DNA of 64,000 nucleotides, from NCBI GenBank assembly GCA_965285935.1, contig OZ260664.1, positions 70,432,001-70,496,000 of the forward strand, given 5' to 3'. The notes beneath the pieces were generated by a model. It made no database searches and was not told where the DNA came from. It saw only the letters and a program-made list of their open reading frames with translations. This document shows, one piece after another, positions 38,001-50,000 of the stretch (within the stretch, counting starts at the first letter, position 1; each line of letters opens with the position of its first letter). Made by a program: the position numbers and the translations under genes. The DNA is from Ophelia neglecta. Its lineage: Eukaryota.

Positions 38001-41000
38001 CGCCTAACCCCGAGTTTCGTTCTATCGTTTTGAGTCCTGCGAGTCTTAATGCGCGTTCCCTGAAGGGTCGAGTGTTTTTATATCTCGTGTTGGGTATTTG
38101 ATGTGCCAGCAGAAAGTCATTTCTTTCCCTGAACATTTTATGTGCAATCGCTTATGTTGTCAAGAGAAAAACTTGTCTCACGTGACTGCACTTGAAATGT
38201 TTCCTCAACAGACTCTTAGCTTTTGCTACGTGGTCGATCATCTCGCCTGGCTGTATGGAATGAGGTTGAGGATTTAATATTACAGTGTACCTGTCAGTTT
38301 GATGCGTTTTGTTCCGAAGAGAAATACAATCGGTGGAATACAGACCCTGTCTGTCGTCTGCTGATAAAGTATGCCTTGGCAATTTCACGGCTGTCAGCTA
38401 TACTTGTAGCGCACGGTTCCCTCGAGAGAATGGACAAGTGGTTTATGGACTCCTGGTCATACAGGCCTAATAGCAAGTGAAGTCTGTGAATACCGCCAAG
38501 GTAATGTCACCGCACTAGGCTGCTTATAAAACCCTTACAGTCCTCGGTACGACCAGGGACTCCTGACCGAGCTGCTCATGGTTTACCAAAATATTACCTA
38601 GCACGAGGACACTGACAACCGAGTTCAAGAGAAAGAATAGTAAAAGAAATAAAAAATATGTGTTGTTTGCTTGTCAGAAGTACAAATTATCCCGTAAGAT
38701 GAGTAAGTTAGTCCTCAACAACGTATATCTAGTCAGGGCGAGCGCACCCAGCGAGACGAGGGTTCGAGGGCCCAGTTAGCCAGAATGGTATCTTGGAGAG
38801 CAGCCATTGAGAGGAGAAGGAAACCTGCGCTGGAAAACAGAGAAAGCTCTGTTGTCCTTGGAGGAAATGTTGAACTACTTGAAGCGATTTGCCGAGAAAT
38901 GTGAACTGTTTGAAGCCTGCGTTGAACAAATCTTCCTCTTTGGGCAGAACTGCACTGGCCGGTATGAAACCCCGGTGCGAAACCACGGACAATGCCAATT
39001 GAATTGTGTAAGGTTTAATCTAAAGAGACCATAAATTAAACTGTGCACGCCAACAAATATGCTGCTGGTAGGCCTATGTAGAGGATTGGAAAAGCTATAC
39101 GGTTACGAAAAACCGTATTTTTGGTCTGGCCCTTAAGAGGTTAGAAGCAACGAATCAATGTAAAATGTTCTATATTATTGCCATGCCGACTATTGGCGTG
39201 TTAAATAAGACAGGTACTAAAAACGCCAAAGATCTTGTCAGAATATTGAAACAGTACGGCATGGCCGATTTCTGGCAGTCTAAAGACATCAAGTCAAATG
39301 ACTGGATTATGGTTTAACGAGGGAATCTGTTATTTCCATGCACTGACAATATCTTAAAATGCTTTGAAAGTTTTATTAACTCACACTCGCGCCTGTACCG
39401 GGGGTTTTTACTAGGATAAGTTTATGTCATAGCTGGCAGGGAACCGCCATCTTTACTACAGTTGCACGTGGTTTGATTGCAGCGGAGTTATATCAGAATC
39501 GACATCTTTCCTTTTTACATTGTATCTGTCTATAACGTACACTGTAATGCAGCGATCAATGCAGCAAAAGGTATTATTGTGCGACCAGGGCAATGTCCAA
39601 GCTCCAATCAGTATTATTGTTCGACGAGCTAAATAATAAACAGCATTAACATTGCATTGACCGTCCAATAATTCCGATTGCCGCAATGATATTCAACAAA
39701 TTGTAACGTTAGCAAGATCTTATATGATTTAACAAGAAGTGTTAGTATAAATAAATCATTCGTCACGATCATAAGCGTGCCTATAAAATATCTATGAATA
39801 TCAAAATTGTGCTTAGCTATAAGAAATATGTTGAGCTGGATTTCTACTTTGGCCGTTCGAAGCCTTATTGCTTTTTTGTCCAATCATAAACCTTGCCTAT
39901 TTGGCCTTGTTGGAACTAATAAGGCCGGCAAAATACGGATTCACTACGTTCGTATGTTATAGGAACCCACTGATCTCTCCGAAATGGCAATTACTTTCCC
40001 TGCGGTCGTTGAAACTTCGGTTATTGAACTGCTGAGCGTGTTCAAGAGCTCTTTTCTAGGCTTTTTTTTTAAAGATGAATCTTACTATATTATCATGTAA
40101 AATAATCCAGATCATTTGAACGGACAGTCTTCCAGTACCAATATGTAAAAATGAAATGAGTTTTGAGGGTGTTTCGCTGTATTAGCGGTCCGACATCGAC
40201 GATTAGCTGCCCGATATAGCCAATAGTGCCCGTGGAGCAGCCGAGGGTACTTATGACTATGAAGGGCTGCTTATCGTAGACGGAGGAACTGTAATAAAGA
40301 ACAGCGACCCGCCAAAAGGTATGTTATTACAATTATTATCGTCTTCAACATTGCTTAAACTCAAAAACAACATTAATGCAGAGGTTAGATAACAACCTCT
40401 ATTTACTATGTTAGTTATCGTGTTACGAGTGTAAACGTTATCCTTTCATAAGGACACACCAAGAAGAGTGATACTACTTGTTATTCCCTTCTAGATGATA
40501 ATAATGAGTAATTTATCCTAAACATGGTTTGATATAAGTATATTTTGTCAGTTGTAATAAATACTTCTCTGGTTGCTAGTGATGTTTTCTTCCAATGAAA
40601 AGCGCTGTGTAAAGATTCTGACTAAAATATAATCAACTGTTAATCAAATAAATAAGGAATACTGCTCGATGGTTCAGGAAAGTTCGCTTAATAGAAAAAG
40701 TAATCAAGATAGATGTCCTTGCTCCGTTCTCCATTTTGTGTGCGTTCCGCCTAGAAAGAAATGTGTAACTGAATATAAAGCTAATTTGAGCTCACGTGTC
40801 AGGCTGACGACTGTTTGGCAAGCAATTCAGCTCTGACCTTGGTGAACGTCAAAAGCTTAAACCACGTTTTTAACTTTACAGAGCACTTACTCAATGAACT
40901 TCTTTGAAATGCCAAGCTTCGCCGGAAAAAATAGTTCTAATTACTATCGAGATATGGTAAAGCTATTTCACACGCGAAATGCGGAGGCCTATCTTGAGGA

Positions 41001-44000
41001 TAGGTAAGTCAGAAAAAGGAAAGTAATTTGTTTGTTTGTCTCGAGAGGAGTAGGTATTAAATCGGTTCCAAGTAGGCCTTGCCCCGTCAGTGATGGTCAA
41101 ATACTCTTTTAATCAATGTTCTGATTCATCTTAGGTACTAAGCCGAAATGCTGAATTCGTACAGAGCCAATATATCTAAGGAGACAGTTGGCCTCTGGTA
41201 CCACACATATTTGTAAAAATGGATGCGAACTATGGCGACCTATCCGATATAAACCTATTCTCCTGTCACTATGAATCTAAAATATTGATAGTTTGTTGAA
41301 ATTGGGCTGGCGAAGTAATGATTTCGGTTATAAAGGGCAGTGGGATGGATGTAGCTGATTGCGACTGGTGAATATCGGACATCGGCCGCGTCTTTCACGC
41401 CGTAAATCAAATCAGTCTAGTCGAAACGGGTGTCTCCCAATCAGGGCAGGACTCAACTCCTAAATATATCAACGGCTTGCAAGAGGCGCGCTAGTTTATG
41501 TTCACAGACAGGGGGGGGGGGGGGGCGGGGGTTGAGGTGTTTGTGAATTTATAGCGATTGGGTTGAGAGTTACTAATTAATTTGTACGATTACGAATGGT
41601 TTGTTAGCTGAACCGTTTCTCGTCTATATGATTATCAGCCACTTACTTATATTAAGAACTTTAAACATTTTTTTGAACAGCCGGCAGGAAAAGAACGATA
41701 CAAAGGTGAAATCTGCGTTCAAACCCTCTTCGCCATGTTCGTGTGCCAGTATGATATCAAGGTTATCACGGTCGACAAATCGGCAGGACATTATCTTCTC
41801 ATGAGAAAAATACATGTAGACTCCATACCAATTGAGACCCTTCTAGCTTGGAACTATAACCGTATCAATACTAATTACGCCTATAAAAAAAGACAAAGTA
41901 GAGCGGAAATGGATTAGAGAGTCTGTATATATATACTTGACGGGCGGGCCTGGTTCACTGGCGGAAATACACCCAGCCCTCTGCTATGTAACTTAATGTT
42001 CTGTCAGGTGGGTACAGACCAAATTAACCTCATTGTTGTCTTAATGTGATGGTTAAGACACGAGGACTGTATTTTTTGCAATGCTCACTGAAGCTTCTTG
42101 ACACATTTGTCGAAGGTAGCTTTCCATATGAGGAAGACATATTACTTGTAAGGCTTTTCCTAAATTTGATTTATTAATGCGGTGCTAAGGTTAGTTGAAT
42201 ATATTAAAAAACCTACAGAAGTAGTACTGTTGTCCTAAGCAAATTCCCTGCGATTTGTATATACATGTTTATTAAACTTATGACCAGAAAGTGTCGAAGT
42301 ATGGAGTTCTCTTTCAAGTTTTCCTTGATGGACTTTACCAATCAACTGGGAAATGGAACCTTCTATAAAGTTATATACATGTATATACATGTATTTAGTG
42401 TTCTCAAACTTATCAGAAAATAAGTAGTAACCACACAAGGCTGTCTTCATTTCTTCGAGATTACATCAAACGTTCAAAATGGATAAAGTGCCTAGAAATA
42501 TATGGTTTTCCATACTAGCCGCGTCCCATAAATGCATTCATCTGATATGTATAGAAATCGCCATGAGATCACCTAGCGAGAATCGTCCCCTAATATTATT
42601 CTCAATGGGTATGGACAGCAGGGTCGTGTATGGTCCACTGTTTTGATTTGATATAACTATTCCAGCGACACCGGAGATACCCATAGTCATTATGCTGGCG
42701 TTGCATATATATTGGCATTTATTTTGGTCTATTGGCCTATATGGACACTAACTAGGAAATCTGAGAGTGAAGTTATAGATGGGCGGGCTCTACCTGGTCA
42801 TGTGAAAAATTGTACGGGCATTAACATCCATACAAGTAGGGACAGTAGACGAAGTTGACTGCTAATGAAAGCATAATCCGAGTTCTCTAACTAGTAGCTT
42901 TTCAAGCAGGCAATCACACCAGTATGAGGTTATCAGGGGTCAATATGATAGTTTTATTTAATGGTGAGGTTAAGTTGCGTGTGGTACTTTCCCAGAATCT
43001 ATTCCCGATTGGAGGGGGGCGGGGTACTTCCTATGTATCAGAGTGGGGCAGGGGGGGGGGGAACAACAGAGGGTTTAAACGTGGGTCATTATGAATGAAA
43101 ATCTTTAGAAAGTGCCATTTTACAGAATAAATATCCTCAAAAGACTGTATACCTTTGATAAAAATCTTCAAATATTCTAACCTTCTGACAGAAAAACCAT
43201 CAGAAAGGCTACCCATTTACGATGAAGGTACGTCGTGCGATGTCAGCGTAAGTCAAAGTCAACCACTGCCTTTGTAGACCGGAAGCTAGTTTTTACGATT
43301 TCACAATATAATTATATGCTTGTAATCAAAATAATATGTCATGGGCAATTTAGACCGTTTTAATAGGCGTACAAATGTGATGAGCCATTTGATAGCATAT
43401 TTGTGAAAATGGGCTCATTTCAGGGCATCGTCATGAAAAAGATACCAATTTGATAGTAAAAAAACGTGATAAAAATATTCCCTGCAACGCGGAGCATACG
43501 TGCAATTACATTATATATGGGAAAACCCTCCCCTAATCCCCCCCCCCCCCCCCACTCCCGAGACCTATACGCTTTATCGACCTATACACGAAGAACGTTC
43601 TCAAGGGAGGTCAGTCCTGAGATGGTGCAGAGGGAGGGGTATTTCCGCAGCAGGTTTCCCTAAAGTTACATAATCTTACGTGTACAAGTATATAACGATG
43701 AGAGTTTATCTAATTTCCTTCCGTCCTTTACATATGTAGGGTTATCGTGTACAAGAAAAATACACTTGAGCTGGGTGTAATATTAATCTATGTCATTCTT
43801 TGACTTCAGTTAAATTGGCCAAGTGCTTGCCTTTTTGTGAGAAGAATGTCCACTTCCGTCCTTAAGTATTAAGATTGCAAATGGTAAGAAGATGGATTTT
43901 TCTGCCTTCTGCCGTAGAGAAGCACCTCTAGGCCTGATGAATGAAATTGAGCACTCGGTGTGTGCCAAAGTCCATCATGCAGATGATTGGTCCAATTGCA

Positions 44001-47000
44001 ATCAGGCTTGCGTTGATCAGAGGGCGTGTAGGGATCTTTTCCAGACACACTCTTGTTGGACGTATCATCATATAGCTCGAGACGGTATTAAGACATGTCC
44101 GGAGCGCTGATGGCCACTTTAAATCCAGTCTCATGGCACTAGGCTCCTCCAGATTGATCAATTACACACACTTCCAGCTATATTGGTCAGTAATTTGACC
44201 TCATCCTAGCCAGAATCAGAAGAGGGACTCTTATTTTCAGTGGTGACATACAAAGGAAACGTCTATGTATAGCAGCCTGCATAGGACCAATCCGTACTAG
44301 GCCATGAATCATGTTTGGGTCGTCTGCGCACTTGTAAAAAGGCCATTTCAGTTTGGCTCAGTTTGTCAATAATCTGTTTTTTTTTTACAAAGGTCATAAT
44401 ACTATACGATATACTAAATTCGTTTGAGGAGAGTTATACCCTGGTTGTTTTTAATTGATATAACGGCTAATTATTAGAGATGTGAGCAGTTGTCAGACTT
44501 CTTTGCACTACTTACTATTTTCCGGATTTGACACTTTTTTGAGAAATGTGACCTGTTTCTTGAACATTCATCACGGTTTATCCGTGAATTCAGGTCAAGC
44601 AGCCTCTTCCCTATAGAAGGTTGCCTGCTTGTATTATATTTCCTCGACTCACCCACCACCCTACTTCTTCACAAGCACTTATAGGATTTCTGCCAAATGA
44701 CGACGGTAATTTCATTACAGCTCAGAGTGGGCAATGGCTTTAAGACCTTCAATACCGTCTCGCAGGAGCCTGGTTCCGGTGAAGGCTTTCCCATGCAGTA
44801 CATAGGTAGAGCTCTGGCAAGCTGGCTATTCATTTGTTCATTTATTTCCAGTCATAGTGAATCCGCGGAAATGAGTTGGACGTGAATGGAGGAATTAAGT
44901 TCCAAGATAAAAAGTCTTGGTAAGGTTTCCTTATATTTGGCGTATGAAAAGGACAAACAAACGTTCGGAAAAATAACTAGGCTCAGACTATGATCTGGTA
45001 CGATTAGAAACAAACGTCTTATGCTTGGGAATAGTTTGCGAATGAACGCCAAAATAGTTATCAAATCGAAACAAGTCTGTAGCATGCAGGTATAATATGC
45101 TCGTTTGTCTAAGGAAAGAACGGGATTGCATACCCGGCAGAGAAAGTGTACACTCTTCTGTGCAGTTCTTGGAGACAGAACGGTACCTCGCGATATGCCT
45201 CGCCATATGCCAATGATAGTTGGTGGAAATCCTTTTGTCAAACAGTTGGTGACCAAGCCATGGTGGTTAAGCGATGTGCCTTGGTATATCTTATAACTTG
45301 AACACTGACTTTCTGGGGGTGTTTATGAGTTGAAACTTACGAATCTAACGCGTGGTAATAAAGGGGTTGACTACATCACCGATATTTCGCCGTCTCATTA
45401 GATTGAGTCACCTCTAGCTGGTGTAGTTTTTTGCCTAGTTAATGATTATCGCGTCTGCCTTGACATGGTGTTTTGCCAATTTTGTATTGTGTCAAGGCTG
45501 TCATGCCATGTCATGTTGTGCTCGGGTTTACTGCCAGGTCTTGACTTTGTTCTCATCTATCGTTCATGATATAAGGGCAGATTGTGTTACGGACATGTCA
45601 TGACGACACCACCTAAAGATTCGTTTGATTGCGTTTCCTGTGGTTCTGCACCAAACGGTATAGTCCTCTCATTACATGCTGTCCCTTACCTTTAATTTTG
45701 CACGGTTGTCGCTAAATCTACAAAGCCTCCCCTAAAATTATAATTACAATAAGAAGAACAAATATTTTTCGAAAGAAATATTCTCCACCCTACCCCCCCC
45801 CCCACCCCACCACCACCACCACTACCACAAAAATAGTTGAAGATCTAATGGTGGGTCCCTTATAAGTTCTTTACCAATCAGTGCTTTTGTTTCCCTTTTT
45901 CTTGCGATAGATTATTAAGTTGAATAGTATTTTTCATTTGTTTATCCTTAGACAGGCTGCTTAGTATCAGCAAGTATTTTTATTGTTACTCTTATTGCTG
46001 TCAAATAAAGTTGTTGGAGAACGTTACACCTAGTTCCCTATCATGTATGCAAACGAATCTTTTCTATGGCTGTTCTAGTACCATTAAATAGTTTTGGGTC
46101 CATGCAATTGTTTAATTCACGTAGACTGTATATGAAAAGCAACCTGTTAGCTTCTGTTACGCAGTAGGTATAAACCTTCAAATCTCTATTTTGTTGCAAG
46201 TTTCAATACTGTTTGGTAGCTGGGGATTGATGTATTAATTTAATGTATGTGGACCTGTGGCTGTTGCTTCCTTTTTGATTTCTGACCCCTTTATTGGACG
46301 TTTCTTGAATGATGATTTGGCCCTGTCTGCTTTGTATTCACTTCGGTTGTTTTTTTAATGATGGGGGTAGAATTGTAAGAACACAAAGGGCAAACAACCT
46401 CTCGGTTTTTGTTTGAGTTGATGTTTTTATTTGGCACGTGACGCACACTGTATAGATTATATTGGCCTTCACACTCAGCTATCACAAGACGTTCAATCTT
46501 AATAGCTGGGTCTTTTAATAATGGCTGACTCCATGTGACCTTATCAAGGCTAAGGCGTGTGCAGCTGTGTAGCCAGCCGCACTCTCAAGCTTATTTAAAC
46601 CAAGTGTAGGCCTATATAGATCAACCGTCGCCATGGACGAGAGACACCAATGTGATTATTGGTTTATAAGATGGATCATGTAAGGTGTGACTGAAGCTTA
46701 AATTAAAACGATTGAAATAGCATCAAGTTTAAGGCCCGGGTCTTTCATCATGAAGGATCCACTGGGTGATACAAGCGTCTCCGGAGTTTCATATTAGAGG
46801 AATACGCATGGAAAGCCAATGATTCTAAAGTATACGCACGCGTATACGTAAAGTTTTACATGTAAAAGTTTCGGAACGGGAACGTCTATATCAGATAGAC
46901 CCATATGTTCAGTGATGTCTGTCAGAGAGACCCCGTTTCAGTGACGTCAGTGACCCGCTTTAGGTGACGTCTATACGTTAGTTTTTCAAGGGTTTCTATA

Positions 47001-50000
47001 TCAAATAAGACCCGCTAGACAGGCCGCCATTTTCTGCGACGTTTATCTTATAATCATATAGATCATAATACAATGAATTCTATAAAATATGGGTCGGTCT
47101 AATATCCCTATCTGTATACAGGGCTAGTATCTGTTATTCCGCAGACTAATTATCACAGGATTCATTGAAGTTCCAGTGATAGCGAGCGTCTCTCGTAAAT
47201 GTCTAAACTGGCATGTGTCCTGGGCGGATCCTAACTGGTTCCTTTAATACCAGACTCTGTGAATGCAGAAGGGGGATACTCATTGTTCAGAAGACGCTAC
47301 AGGAACGGCCCAAAACACGTGAGCCAAGCTGAACACAGCCACACAAATCCATACCCCTCCTCCCGGAACTGGACAGGAAAAGGAATACAGGGATTAAGTG
47401 TCCATTAGCCCAGTAAAAAAGATCATTGAATCATCGTAGAATGAAAATGAGGTAACATATACTCAATCAAGGTTCTTTCTATTGTAACTTCTTCACCTTG
47501 ACCAGCTTCTGCCAAAACCAAACATTCATTTATTGTCCTTATATGGTCATTTTCCGGAAACCAGTCCGAGCTACAGATGAAACGAGGTTAGGAATAACTC
47601 GGAGGCAGCATATGGTTTGATGTTTACGAATCGATGCCCGCTGCTACATGCCCCAGTGATTAATGTCTAATGTTACGTGACGAGCAAGCTGGATTTGTTT
47701 CAGTGCAGTAATGAGTTCCTCAGCACGCAAAATCGTGTTGCCTGGCCAGGTGTTTCTCTTTCTCTCCCTGCATGGGGATCCTTTTGGGTTAATTTAAATT
47801 ACGTCTAGAAGTTTGAAAATTAAAAGAAACCTAACGATATTTGAACACAAGTAATTTCGTTTTAAGCTTATTTATAATCAGCTCGATCGAATTCTTAGTT
47901 TACAATTTGGTACCTAGTTTATTTCGAAATTTTCTTCAAACTATATGTGAGCGAATTAATTATGTATATTACAAAAACGGCGCCATGCGTTCATACAAGA
48001 AGGAGGACACTGAATTTTCCTAGTTGCAATGTACCTTTATTTTTGCAGACTCGTAAATGATAGCCAAGGAACTGCCAGCCGTGTTTGGTTTTTAGTAGTC
48101 TTGTCTGTCTTTTGACAGAGAGTCAGAAACGTGTTGTAACCTGGCAAATCAAGATTGATGAAATAGCCAACAACGTATTAAAGGACCGTATGTATCATAT
48201 GGAAGAAAAAAGACAAAGAGCATTATGTCATAATGATGGAATGCCGAGGTACATATAAATCCACACGTTTTTAGCCAAGTATATGTGACTTAAAGCGTCA
48301 CTTTTTTTTATTCAGCCTAAGAAATGATTAATCATGAGCCAGACGGTACAGACTTTTTCTCGCCATCACCTACGGGTTAAGAAGAGAGGAGTTAATATAT
48401 ACATGATGGTTGACAAAATCGGTCTCAAATTGGATATGTGCTTGTCTTTTATTTAAGACTCAAATTGGGCCTACCTCTTTCGAGGAAGGCATCTTCAAGG
48501 TCAGAAGGAAATCATTACTGCGGGCGTCCCCCAAGCTAACCATCGGCACGGCACGCTCGGAATTCTTGCAAGTGAATTCCCCAAGACAAATCTTAGGATT
48601 GCATGTCGCTTGGTTCTACATCAAGCGGCGTGTGAAGAGCAGACCCATCATTTGTCATACCAGCCTGTGCGTCAGTACAGCGTGTTCAGCCTGTTTTATC
48701 TGATCACAACCCGACTGTCTCATATAGCCAATTTACACGCGTGACTGATCTACGGATCATGAAAACCATTTGTAATAAAAAAGAAGCCTCAACGGAGTAC
48801 ATTCAGGAATACTCCTTGGTATATATCAACTGGTTTTGTCATTATAGTGTGTTGAGTTTCAAACTGATGATTGAAAAAAGGAAAACTGGTTTTCTCGAGC
48901 CACAGAGAATTGTAGTACACCGGCCGTTTAGAGAGTTCAAATCTTGCTGTAGTACGTGACTAATAAATCAGTTTTGCTGTACCAGTTTTGGAAGTTTACC
49001 TCCCAAATCCCTTCTTTATTGGCAGTGTATCCCCACTCTGCCACTTGCTCACATGGAGTCGCATACCAAATGCTATTTAGGTCACTTTCCGCGGCCGACT
49101 GAGACCATCTTTCCACTTTTAGGCACGCATGCCTTCGATAGGTTGACTAAATTGATGCGTGTGACCTGCCTTGAAGGCGGCATGGTTTCCTGTGATCCCA
49201 GGAAAAGGCCCGAGCTGGAGAGGGGGAAGGGGGAGGGGATAACTAGCTTAGTGCCTGGTATGGAGCCGGAGTTTTTTACCGCCCGTGTTGTACGATGTCT
49301 GGAAGCTTTCAATAGATCCGACCGTATTGGGGCCATCCAACTCCTGTGTGATCTAAAAAAATTCACATGATGTCACAATTTTAAAAAAGAGCCCTTTTTT
49401 CACTGGGTTGTGGTTGTTTAATTCAGGCGTTAGTTGGTATTTGTCTGAGAAAATGTGTTCCCCTAATTAACTGTTATTATATGGTTTAACACATTTATTA
49501 TGCCTGTTAATGTCTAATGATGTACGATTTTGTCACAAGCCTAATTGCCATCAATTAAATAAATTCTCTTAAGATTCATAAGCTTGATTTGTCAAAAGTA
49601 TGTTTCATCTGTTTGCCTCTATTTCTAAATTATAATAAAATTACCATTGTACTTGCCAGTTGATATTTTCAATGATTTAATTTTATATTTCAGGATTATA
49701 CCATCACAATATACTTGAATCAATACTGGAAGGACGAGAGACTGTCGTTCTCCGACAAAAATGAGGATAATATGACTCTCACTGGCGACTTCGCCGAAAA
49801 AATATGGGTGCCAGATACGTTTTTTGCCAATGATAAACACTCATTTTTACATGACGTAACAGAAAAGAACAAAATGGTTCGCCTGCACGGGGATGGTCAA
49901 ATTGTGTACGGAATGCGGTAAGTGGAAGAATCTGGATACTCGTAGCTTAAAATCAAGTCTTATATTCGATAGGGCTAAATATTAAATGATAAGGGCACAC

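Larger units (their letters stand above)
16049..49693 (+). other. Intron 2 of the receptor gene, 33,645 nt, phase 0
   Basis: gtaagt...tttcag joins EVNM to DYTIT with no homologous residues missing. Confidence 0.92.

Noticed and set aside
38976-38996. RE1/NRSE-like sequences (also cctcggacagctcc near 23733)
   Set aside because: Only the right half-site matches (about 15/21), and canonical REST/RE1 regulation is not established for this kind of invertebrate.
38729-39034. Coding-looking ORFs 38807..39034(+) and 38729..38998(-)
   Set aside because: No recognisable domain and no convincing flanking splice sites; no nested gene could be assembled.
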